From an uncultured Clostridia bacterium (GTDB lineage: Bacteria > Bacillota > Clostridia > Oscillospirales > Oscillospiraceae): 64,000 nucleotides of DNA. The DNA is taken from positions 6,844-70,843 of the forward strand of contig CAMUZA010000002.1 of the NCBI GenBank assembly GCA_947165085.1, in the 5' to 3' direction. Made by a program: the position numbers and the translations under genes. Under the pieces are notes generated by a model that was given only the letters and a program-made list of their open reading frames with translations, made no database searches and was not told where the DNA came from. Positions 39,936 through 50,499 of the stretch are shown in pieces; the first letter of the stretch is position 1; the number at the start of each line of letters is the position of its first letter.

Positions 39936-40496
39936 CTATTCCTTTGTTTTGCGCCTGTTTTCCACCAGGGAAACGATCCAGACGTGCGCTGCGCCGAAAA
40001 ATGCGCCGAGCGTATTCAAGAGCAGATCATCCGTCTCTGCGATCCCCAGTGCGAAGACATACTGTGCAGCCTCCACCGTTGCGCTTGTAAGGAAGCCGAG
40101 CAAAACGGCGTACCCAACGCTCTTGCCTGCCGAAAGCTTTTGCGACAGGAGTGTAGCGGCAGTCATTCCGAACGGAGTAAAAAGAATCGCGTTCAGCGCC
40201 ATCGAGCGGTAGTATTCACGGTTTTCCATGGCTTTCAGCACAATCGTAAACGGCCGCAGCGTGTATCGCCGCGCACCGCCGGATCGAAGCATCAGCGTTT
40301 GATACAGGATCAGCGCTAACGAAAGCGCAATGCCGATGATCGCCAAACAGGTACGCATGCGCCGACGGCGAACGAGCAGAATCATGCTGATCGTCCACAC
40401 TACCCATCCGGCGAGACACAGCAGGAGCTGCAGCCACGGCCTCAAGTAATAGATATATTGAAAAAAGGTCATATGTGTAATATCACAGCATCGCAC
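39936..40496 (-). CDS. VanZ family membrane protein
   Basis: Hydrophobic helices; NAILFTPFG, S..VE..QY...G..ETDDLLLNTLG. Confidence 0.85.
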   Translation of the reverse strand: MRCCDITHMTFFQYIYYLRPWLQLLLCLAGWVVWTISMILLVRRRRMRTCLAIIGIALSLALILYQTLMLRSGGARRYTLRPFTIVLKAMENREYYRSMALNAILFTPFGMTAATLLSQKLSAGKSVGYAVLLGFLTSATVEAAQYVFALGIAETDDLLLNTLGAFFGAAHVWIVSLVENRRKTKE

Positions 40497-40517
40497 ATCT
40501 ATCTAACTGCAAGTGAT

Positions 40518-40540
40518 AAAAAAGCGCTTCCCCGCTTTTT
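40518..40540 (-). terminator. Weak terminator-like hairpin between the acyltransferase and vanZ
   Basis: aaaaagcg-cttccc-cgcttttt; short GC stem with a T run on the minus strand. Confidence 0.4.
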
Positions 40541-40592
40541 GTTTTAAACTAAGGTTCTAAACTTTACTTCTCTAAAATGGCCTCGAACGGTT

Positions 40593-41693
40593 TTATCGCG
40601 TGACAGCGTGCATCAGTTTGTTTTCAACCCATTTGCACAGTCGCTTTACCTGAAGCAGCCTAAACAGATAAGTTCTCCCCAGATCAATGATCATACAGAT
40701 TAGAAAAATACTGATTGATACTGCAAGCAGTTTTACTGCAAGCAAATACCATGGCATGGATAAATCATTTTGAAACAGAGCTGCAATTCCATATTTCCGA
40801 ATGATTCTGTGATCGTGGATCAAATATACGCCAAACGTCGCTCCGCTGAGGGTTTGGACAAACTTCTGAGCCGCATGAGAAAGCTGCAGGTCGGAAACAA
40901 AGCCAATCAAGGCAACTGCAGCAAGCACGATGGTCGGAGACAAATAAGAAAACAGAAGCTTTGCAAATGCAGCATGCCCAAAGATTCCGGCAGTAACAGC
41001 GGCGATCACATACTTGCTTAGCAGCGTTACTGCGCAGCTGCACACGTACAGAGCCGCCCATTTTAATCGAGACACTGAGCTAAGATTGCCGTGCAGTCTC
41101 AAATATGCGCCCAGTAAGTACATGATCAGCAGCCAAAGCGTCGAGTATCCCGCTTTTAGGGAAAACGCATCAATATCCAAGAACGAGCTGAACAGTCCTA
41201 TCGTACAGCAAGGCACGAGCAGCGCAGCCATCAGCCCTCGTAACTGATTTCTGTTCATTTTCGTACACGCCTTGTTAAGGAATGGGCTGAACAGAGAAAC
41301 CAAAAAATATGCGGAGAAATACCAATATTGCTCGAATATAATAGGAAAACACGACTTAATCAGATCAGAAAAGGAAGCAATCCCCTTCACGAACGCACCT
41401 AACGTAATCAGAACAGAATAGAACAAGACGTGCAGCCATAGATACAAAGACCGACTGACGACTCCGCCGTGCTTTTGTACGAGCAAATAGCCGGAGATCA
41501 TTGCGTATACATTTACAGCACAGGCACAAAATGCATGAACGGCGCTGCCAACGGGAAGATTGAGAAGGTTCCCGTGAACCACACAATGAAGCAGCACAAT
41601 CATCCACATGACGAGAAGACGCAGAACATCCAAACCGGCAAATCGCTCAGACGTCCCCGCGTTAATTCTCACTGCATGTCCCATATTTCTCAT
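40593..41693 (-). CDS. Membrane acyltransferase (acyltransferase-3/OafA family)
   Basis: LDVLR..M..IVLLH, AVNVYAMISGY, YWYFSAY, FGVYLIHDH; about 10 TM helices. Confidence 0.88.
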   Translation of the reverse strand: MRNMGHAVRINAGTSERFAGLDVLRLLVMWMIVLLHCVVHGNLLNLPVGSAVHAFCACAVNVYAMISGYLLVQKHGGVVSRSLYLWLHVLFYSVLITLGAFVKGIASFSDLIKSCFPIIFEQYWYFSAYFLVSLFSPFLNKACTKMNRNQLRGLMAALLVPCCTIGLFSSFLDIDAFSLKAGYSTLWLLIMYLLGAYLRLHGNLSSVSRLKWAALYVCSCAVTLLSKYVIAAVTAGIFGHAAFAKLLFSYLSPTIVLAAVALIGFVSDLQLSHAAQKFVQTLSGATFGVYLIHDHRIIRKYGIAALFQNDLSMPWYLLAVKLLAVSISIFLICMIIDLGRTYLFRLLQVKRLCKWVENKLMHAVTR

Positions 41694-42751
41694 CCTTTCA
41701 GCCGATGATCGCGGAACCTTTTCTCATACAAATGAACGACCGGTCGGACGATCCCCAACTTAAATGAATACAATATCATGCGGAACCTGCCCTTCGCCGT
41801 TCTGCGGATATTCTTCAGCGTAAACATCTCTTGAAACTTCGGATCGTTCCGCACGGTGAAGATCGTGTTTGACATTTCCTCCGCGCTGCATTCCGGCGGA
41901 CTGAGAAACAGCTCACGTTCGATCGCAGAAATGCACCTTCTGTAATACTGAGCGTCCAGTCCGATCCTCACGCGGTCCAGATATTCCGGCGCTTTTTGCT
42001 CGAACAGCTCATAATAGTAACGATAATACAACTTCGTTTCATCCAAGTAATTCGGATGATAGCGGAAGGTGGTCGAGGTCGGATTTCTGCGGTGCCAATA
42101 GACCGGCGTTGACGTCGTTACGGCGGTCTTTGCCTCCAGCAAGTAATCAAAAGCAACGTAAGTGTCCTCGCCGTAGGAGATGGGCAAGAACTGTATCTGC
42201 TTTTCTTTCAGCAAGGACGTCTTATAGAGGCTGGAAAAGAACTCCCAGTTCACGACGGACTTTTCCGTTTTTCGCTCCAACGGCTTCAAGTCGTTTTTAT
42301 CGAAGATCACACCTTCGATCAGCTCCGTTTTTCCGCGGTGCACGTACTCCCGCGCTTCAAACGGTTCTCTTTGGATGGCGACTCTGAAGTTTTTCGAGAC
42401 GCCCAAGGCGATATCCGCGTTATTGTCCTTCAGAAGCTGCAAAAGATAACGAAACGTGAACGGTTCCAAAACGTCGTCGGGATCGAGGAAAAAACAGTAT
42501 TCCCCCGTCATCTGCTCCATGGCAAGGTTTCTTGCCTGTCCAACGCCGCGATTCTCCGTATGGACCACGTGAAAGCGAGCGTCCTTCGCAGCATATTCAT
42601 CACAAATCATTCCGCTCCGGTCCGTTGAGCCGTCATCCACAGCAATGACCTCAAAATCCTGATGCTCCTGAGCCAGAATACTGTCAAAGCATTCAGAGAT
42701 ATAGGCGTCCACATTGTAGACCGGAATGATTACCGAGATAGTTTCCTTCAT
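41690..42751 (-). CDS. Glycosyltransferase family 2
   Basis: ISVIIPVYN, VDDGSTD, FLDPDD; start placed at MKETIS. Confidence 0.9.
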   Translation of the reverse strand: MKETISVIIPVYNVDAYISECFDSILAQEHQDFEVIAVDDGSTDRSGMICDEYAAKDARFHVVHTENRGVGQARNLAMEQMTGEYCFFLDPDDVLEPFTFRYLLQLLKDNNADIALGVSKNFRVAIQREPFEAREYVHRGKTELIEGVIFDKNDLKPLERKTEKSVVNWEFFSSLYKTSLLKEKQIQFLPISYGEDTYVAFDYLLEAKTAVTTSTPVYWHRRNPTSTTFRYHPNYLDETKLYYRYYYELFEQKAPEYLDRVRIGLDAQYYRRCISAIERELFLSPPECSAEEMSNTIFTVRNDPKFQEMFTLKNIRRTAKGRFRMILYSFKLGIVRPVVHLYEKRFRDHRLKG

Positions 42752-42791
42752 GATATCACCATTTATTTGTAGTCTTGAACGGGGATGCAGA

Positions 42792-43751
42792 TTATTTCCC
42801 CAAAAGCTTACGCACCCACGGGTGCTTGGCGCAGAACAGATAAATGCGGTCTTTGCCGCAAACAGCATGCTCCTTTTTCAAGCTATGAAACGCGCTTACC
42901 GCCGCGTCCTTCTTCCCTGCCCGGAAGGAAATCGACAGCCGCTTTCGCGCATAATTCACGCGCACCCTGCGCTCTGCCTTCCTGCGATCCGCCTCAGGCA
43001 TCTGCATGCCGTCAAGCGTATGGGAAAGAATGTCCTCGTGCTCGTCGCAGCGATACAGGGCTTTGTCCGCCGAGGCATCTCTGGACATGCTGTTGTTAGA
43101 TACAACGTAATAAAACAGGGGCTCGTTAAGATAATGGCGCTTATAGTGGTAATACATCGGCAAGAGAAGCTGCCAGTCCTGCCCTCTTCGCGCAGGATAA
43201 ATCCGGCGCTCGGGATACTGTTTCAAAAACATTGAGGTGCGCACCATATGCGTTCCCGGTGTAAAGATCGAATTGCCGTCGAGCAAATTCCAGAACTGCA
43301 TTTCGTTTTCGTTATCCGGGACGCCGGACGAAACCCTGCGAAGCGGCTGATCCACCGCGCCTTCTTTTACGATGTAGGCGTCGGACGTGATCACGCCGTA
43401 CTCCGGATGCGCTTCCATCCACGTCACACGCTTTTCGACTGATTTCGGCGCGTAGAAATCATCGGCGTCCGCCCAGCACAGATAGTTGCCGGTAAATACC
43501 TTCAAGCCGGCGTTGATCGCCGCGCCCAGCCCACCGTTTTCCTGCTTGACGTAGCGGAACTGATACCCGCGCCTTTCAAACTGCTCGCGATATGAAAGGA
43601 CAACATCCTCGGTATCGTCTGTCGAACCGTCGTTGACTAAAATATATTCAATTCGATCATAGGTCTGCGCCAGGACGGATTCGATCATCCTGCCGATCAC
43701 TGCTGCGCCGTTATAGCAGGGCGTAATGATGCTGACAAGTGGTGTATTCAT
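42792..43751 (-). CDS. Glycosyltransferase family 2
   Basis: VSIITPCYN, VNDGSTD, WADADD. Confidence 0.9.
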   Translation of the reverse strand: MNTPLVSIITPCYNGAAVIGRMIESVLAQTYDRIEYILVNDGSTDDTEDVVLSYREQFERRGYQFRYVKQENGGLGAAINAGLKVFTGNYLCWADADDFYAPKSVEKRVTWMEAHPEYGVITSDAYIVKEGAVDQPLRRVSSGVPDNENEMQFWNLLDGNSIFTPGTHMVRTSMFLKQYPERRIYPARRGQDWQLLLPMYYHYKRHYLNEPLFYYVVSNNSMSRDASADKALYRCDEHEDILSHTLDGMQMPEADRRKAERRVRVNYARKRLSISFRAGKKDAAVSAFHSLKKEHAVCGKDRIYLFCAKHPWVRKLLGK

Positions 43752-43772
43752 ATTTCAGCTCCGTTTTTCTAA

Positions 43773-45242
43773 TTATTTTTCTTCCGAGTTGCTTGTCCCG
43801 CGCTTTTTGCGGAAGCCCTTTATCGTCTCCTGCGCATACTGATATGCGGCAGGCTTCATCAGCCGCGCGGCACAGTAATACAGTCCGGCGCCGACGATGA
43901 TCTGGATCGCCAGCCGCGCCACGTGATGGATGGGAAGATAATTCATTGCAAAAACGGCGGCGCCCATCACGAGGGACATAAATAAGTACGGCAGGATATC
44001 CTTCGTCTGTTCCGCGAAGCTGTAGTTCAGCAGCTTTTTATTCGGGATCGCATTGATCACGGTCGCGGCAATCTCTGTTGCCATCGCGGCAAAAACGATC
44101 CAGAATACTCCGAACCAGATCGAGGCAAGCAGCAGCGCAATGCCGACGCTTTTTTTAATAATTTCCAACCGCAGATAAACGTCGCTCTTGCCGATCGCCT
44201 TTATCGCCTGAATGTTCGCGTACTGCATAGGACGGAACATAAAGGATACGCAGAGCATTTGCAAAAAAGGAACGATCGGATTCCATTTGGCGGTATATAC
44301 AAGCGGGACCAGGGTAGGCGCAACCACAGCCAGCCCGACCATCGCGGGGAAGACAAAGAAACAGCTCGTCGTGATGGTCTTTCTTGTCATATCCTTCACG
44401 CGGGCAAGATCGTCCTGCTCTTTTGCCAAAATGGGAAACAGAACGTCGTTGATCGGCGCGTGGATGCTGTTTTCAATCACAGAGGGGAAGGTTTTTCCCT
44501 TGTCATAATAAGCTAAATCGGCTTTTGTATACATTTTTCCGATGATAAGCGAGCGAAGTTCCACATAGCCCGTATTGATCAGCCCGGAAACGAGGATCTT
44601 CCATCCGTAACTGAGCAGCCGCTTCACCCGTTGGAAGGAAAAACACCATTTGGGATACCATTTTGTCGCATAGAGGAAGAAAATCTTATCCACTACAATG
44701 TCTGTCAACTGCTGTCCGACCAGCGCCCAGACGCCATAGCCCGCGTACGCCATCCAGATACCGACCACTGCTGACAGTGCCGTACCGATAAACGACGCCC
44801 AAAAGTACTGCTTAAACATCAGTCTTCTCGAAGCGATGGCGTTTTGCACCGTTCCGAGTGCACTGATCGGCAGACGAAGTCCGAGGACGCGAAGCACCGA
44901 GCACAGCAGCTGCGAATCATAGAAATCTCCTATGAGCTCGGCAAGGAAAAACAGGGCAACATACAGAAGGGTCGAAATCACAAACCCGGCGTAAAAGGTG
45001 GAGGAAAAATCCAGCTCATCCGCATCTTTCTTTTGAACCAGCGCAACGCCGAAGCCGTATGTAACAAAGACGTCAAACAGCGTAATAAAGACAGTTGTTA
45101 AAGATATGACGCCGTAGTCATCCGGAAGCAGAATACGCGCAAGAATCACTGAAACGATGCCCGTGACGATTTTCGTCAGCAGCCGTTCTGCAAACTTCCA
45201 CGCCATGCCGGAAAGCGCTTTTCCTCGGTAGTTCTCTTTCAT
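43773..45242 (-). CDS. wzx: Polysaccharide flippase Wzx
   Basis: ILARILLPDDYG, FGVALVQKK, SYGWKIL, many TM helices; 489 aa. Confidence 0.92.
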   Translation of the reverse strand: MKENYRGKALSGMAWKFAERLLTKIVTGIVSVILARILLPDDYGVISLTTVFITLFDVFVTYGFGVALVQKKDADELDFSSTFYAGFVISTLLYVALFFLAELIGDFYDSQLLCSVLRVLGLRLPISALGTVQNAIASRRLMFKQYFWASFIGTALSAVVGIWMAYAGYGVWALVGQQLTDIVVDKIFFLYATKWYPKWCFSFQRVKRLLSYGWKILVSGLINTGYVELRSLIIGKMYTKADLAYYDKGKTFPSVIENSIHAPINDVLFPILAKEQDDLARVKDMTRKTITTSCFFVFPAMVGLAVVAPTLVPLVYTAKWNPIVPFLQMLCVSFMFRPMQYANIQAIKAIGKSDVYLRLEIIKKSVGIALLLASIWFGVFWIVFAAMATEIAATVINAIPNKKLLNYSFAEQTKDILPYLFMSLVMGAAVFAMNYLPIHHVARLAIQIIVGAGLYYCAARLMKPAAYQYAQETIKGFRKKRGTSNSEEK

Positions 45243-45301
45243 TATCAGTTCATGATCTCCATTCCAAAGATAGCAAAAACTTTCGGGTGAAACAAAGCAA
45301 G

Positions 45302-46438
45302 TTATCCTTTTTGTATAAAATCGCAGATCGCTTGAATCACTGCCTCAACGTCCCGCTCCGTCAGCCGCATGTGAAGCGGCAGCGTCATGGTGTGATCGCT
45401 GATGTACGCCGCGTGCGGGCAGGTGCCGTGCGCGTAGCGGTACATCCTGTACTCTGTATTGTCGACGTAGTGCACGCCGGGGAAGATGTCATGCTCGTTC
45501 AGGTAAAGCATCAGCCCGTCTCTGTCCTCAACGAGGATCTGGAACAGATGCCGGCTGCACTCCTCCGGGTGCAGGACGTTTGCAAAGCGCACCTTATCGC
45601 CGAGGACACTGAGCCCATTCAAATACTGCTTGCAAATCTCACGCCGTCTGGCGTTGTCCTCGTCCAAATGCCGCAGCTGTACCAGCGCAAGCGACGCGAT
45701 CACGGAATTGCCGTGATCTTTACGTCCGACGTACTCCACGTCATACTTCCACTTATAGTTACCGCCTGCGCCGGTGCGGGCGTAGGTGTCTTTATTGATG
45801 CCGAGCCACGCGCGTTTCCTTGCAATCGCGTCAAGCTCTTTTTCCCGGAAGCAGATCATGCCGCTGTCCGCCGTCGGTAAGTTTTTAACCGCCTGAAAAG
45901 AGTAAACGACAACGTCGGCTTCCTTCCCGGGGATCACGCCGTTGACGCGTGTGCCCGCCATATGCGCGGCGTCCAGAATCAGCTTCAGGTCATGCTTCTT
46001 TGCCAGCGCAACGATCTCGTCCCAATGACCGACGTTTCCGCCCAGTCCCACGTACATGATCGCACGGGTTTTTTCCGTGATCTTTTTCTCCGCTTCCTTT
46101 GGGTCCATGCAGAACGTGTCGTCCACATCCGCAAACACCGGATGCATCCCGCCGAGCAAAATCGCATGGTTTGTAGAGATGAACGTCAGCGGCGTCGTGA
46201 TGATCTCGTCGCCGTCCGCCCAACCGTACTTCTCCTTCAGAATCTCAACGCACAGGTTCAGACCCGCGGTTGAAGAATTCAAATAGTACGCATTTTCAAA
46301 GCCTGTATACTTCTTCCATGCCTCTTCCATCTGTACGGTTTTGAAGCCCATACCGGTCCAGCCTTTTTCGAGGCATTCCCGAATCTCCGCTAGGCAGGCC
46401 TCTACGTCAAAGGTCGCCTGAAATACTTGTATTGCCAT
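45302..46438 (-). CDS. DegT/DnrJ/EryC1/StrS sugar aminotransferase
   Basis: NSSTAGL, TPLTF, DAAH, SFQAVKNL (PLP lysine), LPLH; start at MAIQVF after GGAG. Confidence 0.92.
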   Translation of the reverse strand: MAIQVFQATFDVEACLAEIRECLEKGWTGMGFKTVQMEEAWKKYTGFENAYYLNSSTAGLNLCVEILKEKYGWADGDEIITTPLTFISTNHAILLGGMHPVFADVDDTFCMDPKEAEKKITEKTRAIMYVGLGGNVGHWDEIVALAKKHDLKLILDAAHMAGTRVNGVIPGKEADVVVYSFQAVKNLPTADSGMICFREKELDAIARKRAWLGINKDTYARTGAGGNYKWKYDVEYVGRKDHGNSVIASLALVQLRHLDEDNARRREICKQYLNGLSVLGDKVRFANVLHPEECSRHLFQILVEDRDGLMLYLNEHDIFPGVHYVDNTEYRMYRYAHGTCPHAAYISDHTMTLPLHMRLTERDVEAVIQAICDFIQKG

Positions 46439-46443
46439 GATAG

Positions 46444-46974
46444 TCACTCCATTTCTATTTCACGTCGAAGCAGAACGACGCGCCTGTCTTGTTCGTTTCT
46501 CTCGCCGTATGCTTGAAATCCGTTGGACTGAAAGCAGCGGATAGATCGCTCGTTGTTATCGTATATCTCCGCACGCAATGCAGTACATACGCTTAGGGGA
46601 AAATAGTTCTCCACAATCCGACATATACCTCGCACGAGCTCTTTTCCGAGCCCTCTGCAGGCAGGATTCCCCGAATCCAAAAGTAATCTGCCGACCTCAA
46701 ACGAATTGTCCCCCGATTGATAGTCGTAAACGGCGATTGCACCTATGAAGCCTTTTGGATCAGAGGGGAGCGTCGCTGCAAACATATAGTCGTTTTCTTT
46801 TGAAGCGTACCGTCGATACCAAGCTCTTTGGCTTTCCTCGGATATTTCATCTGCAAAGAAAAACCAACGTCTGTTTTCCGGTCTGTTCCGCAGCAGGCGG
46901 AGCGGTTCAATGTCTTGTTCCTCTAACGGGCGGAGCAGGATTCGCTCCCCCTGATAACTGTAATTATGCTTCAT
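46444..46974 (-). CDS. GNAT N-acyltransferase (RimJ/PseH-like)
   Basis: LLRPLEEQD...LRN...WF, RGLGKEL CoA-binding motif, N.RSI..F...GF; directly upstream of DegT. Confidence 0.85.
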   Translation of the reverse strand: MKHNYSYQGERILLRPLEEQDIEPLRLLRNRPENRRWFFFADEISEESQRAWYRRYASKENDYMFAATLPSDPKGFIGAIAVYDYQSGDNSFEVGRLLLDSGNPACRGLGKELVRGICRIVENYFPLSVCTALRAEIYDNNERSIRCFQSNGFQAYGERNEQDRRVVLLRREIEME

Positions 46975-47927
46975 AGTCTGTGAATCAGTTTATGAATGAC
47001 GGAAAACACGTTTGCTGAAGAGCGAAACAAAGCAAATTTGATTCGTTTCGATTTCGACAGGCGCGTTTTATCTATCTCGACGTAGCGGCGGTTGTATTCC
47101 GCCTTCAGCGCTTTTTGCTCTTTCTTGTAATTCGCTTTATCCGACCACATATTGTAATAAAGCGTAATCAGCAAATCAGCCATGCCGACAAGGAACGGCT
47201 GCCAGAATTCCGGATACTTCTCTTGGTACAACGGCTGATATGCGTCGTACAGCTTCAGCGCGCTGAGCTGGCTCGGACGGAAGGTGCCTCTGCAAGCGCT
47301 TTGTTCGCTCTGCACGTAATGATACAGCGGTCGCTTGTCAAACCAAACCGTCTTTGCCCGGTCAATCGCCTGATGCGCAAACAGGCTGTCTTCTCCACGG
47401 AAAATATCCTTCCGGAATTGCAATTCCTGCACCAAATGTGCAGCATACAGCTTATTCCAGCAAAAAGGTTCTCCGTTCATTACAAGGCGGTGCGCAGTTT
47501 TTGTATCTACAAGTCCATAATGATCATCGCCAAGCAAATGCGTCGTTTCATGGTCTTTATAGGTGCCGAAGAATTCAAAGTTGATCGCGTCGCATTGGTG
47601 TTCGTTCACAAGCTCCAGCAGGTATTCGTAGCTATCTGGCTCCAAATAGTCGTCGCTGTCCGGGAAGCTGTAATAATCGCCGGTCGCAGCTTCCAAGCCT
47701 CTGTTTCTCGCTGTGGAGACGCCTGCGTTTTCCTGATGGATGCATAGAATCCGCGCATCTTTTTCCGCATAATCGTCACATACAGCCGCGCTGCCGTCGG
47801 TAGAACCGTCGTCGATCAGAATAATCTGAAGGTTTCGGTATGTCTGATTCACAATGGAATCAAGGCATGGGCGCAGGTATTTTCCGGGGTTATACACGGG
47901 TATGATCACAGAAATCAAAGGATTCAT
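46971..47927 (-). CDS. Glycosyltransferase family 2
   Basis: ISVIIPVYN, IDDGSTD, GVSTARN, FPDSDD, GEDSLF. Confidence 0.9.
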   Translation of the reverse strand: MNPLISVIIPVYNPGKYLRPCLDSIVNQTYRNLQIILIDDGSTDGSAAVCDDYAEKDARILCIHQENAGVSTARNRGLEAATGDYYSFPDSDDYLEPDSYEYLLELVNEHQCDAINFEFFGTYKDHETTHLLGDDHYGLVDTKTAHRLVMNGEPFCWNKLYAAHLVQELQFRKDIFRGEDSLFAHQAIDRAKTVWFDKRPLYHYVQSEQSACRGTFRPSQLSALKLYDAYQPLYQEKYPEFWQPFLVGMADLLITLYYNMWSDKANYKKEQKALKAEYNRRYVEIDKTRLSKSKRIKFALFRSSANVFSVIHKLIHRL

Positions 47928-48934
47928 CAGTTTCCTCCCAACAGGTTTTCAAAATACGAAATCAACTGATACGGAGAATATTCAAAGGAATCATCAAAGC
48001 TGGAATAATCGATCGGTGCCTTCAAAAAGTCGAAATCAATCTGTTCTGGCTCTGAGAACACACGCATGTTATTGCAGTCATAATAAGGCTGGTTTACTAG
48101 ATTCTGGTGGTTTGTCAGCAGCTTGCGGCGGTAAACATGCGCCTCCTCCATGCGAAGTGTCGGCGCATTGCTGCCGCCCTGCATCAATTCCAGAATACAC
48201 TTGCTGCGCTTGACGTTTTCGATATTCTCTCGGTATGAAATTGGTTTAATATAATGCAATCCTTCGCCTTGAATCTGTTGTTCTTTCGGAACGCCGCAGA
48301 TTAAGAATTTGCAGCGCAATCCGGCGTTTGAAAGAGTATGGTAGGTCGCGTGAATCTGATTCAGGCGATCTTTTGCAAAGCCAAGAAAATAGACGTCGTT
48401 TTCAAACGTTTCCGGCTCGGTAATTTCTGAGATTGCGCCGTACATAAACGCCTGCAGAAAGTCAACCTGATATTTCTCCGCTTCTCCGGGATCATACGTT
48501 ACGATATGGTCGCAGCACTTTTTGACCTGCTCGATATTCCAATGCTTTTTGGAAATCAAATCATAGCATAAAACGATACATTTGTTTTTTGGATTCTTCT
48601 TTTTGATATAGCGGAAAAGCTCCCGGTCTTCGGTAATATATTTCCCTCCATAGAAAACGTAGCAGCAGGGTTTATCCTCAGTAAAATCCTGCTCAATCAT
48701 TTTTCGATACCAAATCCGCTTTCCTGGAAGTCTGATTCTTCGGTTCAGCTTTTTTGACCAATGCAGAAAGCAAAGCTTTTGCAGGAATGAATTTCCATCA
48801 AATGCCCTATTATATACTCGCACAAATGGATATTTTTTTAATGGATGAACCACAGGCTCCAAATAGTCGCCGACAGCATTAAATAAAACGTAATTATACC
48901 GCGTCTGCTTCTCTTCCGCTGTACATTCTTTCAT
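47927..48934 (-). CDS. Hypothetical protein, probable glycosyltransferase
   Basis: C-terminal YFLG..KDR...KCILE...TLR..EA....KLLTN pattern seen in polysaccharide-locus GT-B-like proteins; start uncertain. Confidence 0.55.
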   Translation of the reverse strand: MKECTAEEKQTRYNYVLFNAVGDYLEPVVHPLKKYPFVRVYNRAFDGNSFLQKLCFLHWSKKLNRRIRLPGKRIWYRKMIEQDFTEDKPCCYVFYGGKYITEDRELFRYIKKKNPKNKCIVLCYDLISKKHWNIEQVKKCCDHIVTYDPGEAEKYQVDFLQAFMYGAISEITEPETFENDVYFLGFAKDRLNQIHATYHTLSNAGLRCKFLICGVPKEQQIQGEGLHYIKPISYRENIENVKRSKCILELMQGGSNAPTLRMEEAHVYRRKLLTNHQNLVNQPYYDCNNMRVFSEPEQIDFDFLKAPIDYSSFDDSFEYSPYQLISYFENLLGGN

Positions 48935-49928
48935 AATAGCCCTGATACTCCCCTGCAAGGATGTGCTGCCACCACGGGCGGTTATTTAAATACCAGTCGA
49001 TCGTCTTTTTTATACCATCGTCAAAGTTCGTTTGCGGCAGCCAGCCAAGCTCGCGGTGAATCTTGCTCGGGTCGATGGCATAGCGCATATCGTGACCCGG
49101 GCGATCCTTCACGTAGGTAATCAGGCTTTCCGGCTTGCCAAGCTCCCGCAGAATCGTTTTCACGACCTCAAGATTGGTTCGCTCGTTGTGCCCGCCGATA
49201 TTATAGACCTCGCCGTCCTTGCCGTTGCGCAGGATCAGGTCGATCGCCGCGCAATGATCCTCAACATACAGCCAGTCGCGCACGTTTTCGCCCTTGCCAT
49301 AAACCGGCAGACTCTCATCAGCCAGCGCTCGGGAAATCATCAATGGGATCAGCTTCTCCGGGAAATGGTAGGGACCATAGTTATTGGAGCAGCGCGAAAG
49401 CGTTACCGGCAAGCCGAAGGTACGATGGTACGCCAGTACCAGCAGATCCGCCGCTGCTTTGGAGGCGGAATAAGGGCTTGAGGTGTGGATCGGCGTTTGT
49501 TCCGTAAAGAACAGATCCGTTCGATCCAGCGGCAGGTCACCGTAGACCTCGTCCGTAGACACCTGATGATACCGCTTTACGCCGTATTTCCGGCAGGCGT
49601 CCAGAAGCACCTGTGTCCCCATGACGTTCGTCCGCAGGAACACCTCCGGCGCTTCAATGGAGCGATCCACGTGACTCTCCGCCGCAAAGTTCACGACGTA
49701 GTCCGGATGCTCCTCCTCAAAGAGCGCGTAGACAGCCGCACGGTCGGCGATATCTCCTTTAACGAAGTGGAACATCGGGTCGTCCATCACGGGTGCCAGC
49801 GTTTCAAGGTTGCCCGCATAGGTCAGCGCATCAAGGCAGATGATCTGATCCTCCGGATGCTGTTTTCTTTGATAGAAAATGAAATTACTTCCGATAAAGC
49901 CGGCGCCGCCGGTCACCAACAGTTTCAT
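48894..49928 (-). CDS. rmlB: dTDP-glucose 4,6-dehydratase
   Basis: [37 protein letters not shown]. Confidence 0.96.
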   Translation of the reverse strand: MKLLVTGGAGFIGSNFIFYQRKQHPEDQIICLDALTYAGNLETLAPVMDDPMFHFVKGDIADRAAVYALFEEEHPDYVVNFAAESHVDRSIEAPEVFLRTNVMGTQVLLDACRKYGVKRYHQVSTDEVYGDLPLDRTDLFFTEQTPIHTSSPYSASKAAADLLVLAYHRTFGLPVTLSRCSNNYGPYHFPEKLIPLMISRALADESLPVYGKGENVRDWLYVEDHCAAIDLILRNGKDGEVYNIGGHNERTNLEVVKTILRELGKPESLITYVKDRPGHDMRYAIDPSKIHRELGWLPQTNFDDGIKKTIDWYLNNRPWWQHILAGEYQGYYERMYSGREADAV

Positions 49929-49931
49929 AAC

Positions 49932-50489
49932 TTAACCCTCATAAACGAAGTTGCAATCGCTCTCACGCAGGAACGGCGCATTTTGATCCTTTTGCGAGAG
50001 GATTGGATCGCTGATCCCCCATTGCACGCCGATCTCCGGATCGTCGAAGCGGATCGAACGGTCGCAGTCCGGCGCATAAAGATTATCGACCTTATACACA
50101 AAGGTGACATTGTCCGTCAGCGTCAAAAAGCCGTGCGCAAAGCCGCGCGGTAAATAAAAGATCCGCTTATTCTCTGCCGAGAGCTCCACCGCCTCCCATT
50201 GCAGATAGGTCGGCGAGCCCTTGCGCAAGTCAACCGCAACGTCCAGCACGGCGCCGGAAAGAACGCGTACGACCTTTGTCTGCGCCATGGGATTCTTCTG
50301 AAAATGCAGACCACGCAGCGTTCCCTTCTGCGCCGTAAAACTCTCGTTGTCCTGTACGAAAGGCGCGTTCAGACCAAGCGCAGAAAAAACGCGCTCGGAA
50401 TAGGTCTCCATGAAATAGCCGCGGTGGTCGCCGAATACCTTCGGCTCAAGAACGTATACGCCTTCGAGTTTCGTCTGAATCTTTTCCAT
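49932..50489 (-). CDS. rmlC: dTDP-4-dehydrorhamnose 3,5-epimerase
   Basis: FGDHRGYF, VQDNES, LRGLHFQ, VDLRKGSPTY, GFAHGF. Confidence 0.95.
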   Translation of the reverse strand: MEKIQTKLEGVYVLEPKVFGDHRGYFMETYSERVFSALGLNAPFVQDNESFTAQKGTLRGLHFQKNPMAQTKVVRVLSGAVLDVAVDLRKGSPTYLQWEAVELSAENKRIFYLPRGFAHGFLTLTDNVTFVYKVDNLYAPDCDRSIRFDDPEIGVQWGISDPILSQKDQNAPFLRESDCNFVYEG

Positions 50490-50499
50490 CGTTTTCTTC

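Noticed and set aside
39936-40496. vanZ as glycopeptide resistance
   Set aside because: No vanHAX/RS genes. VanZ-family proteins are common at the ends of polysaccharide loci.
45240-45262. RBS-preceded ATG-AAC-TGA micro-ORF before wzx, and a similar ATGAAC at the thiolase end
   Set aside because: Too short to distinguish from chance. At most a translational-coupling relic.
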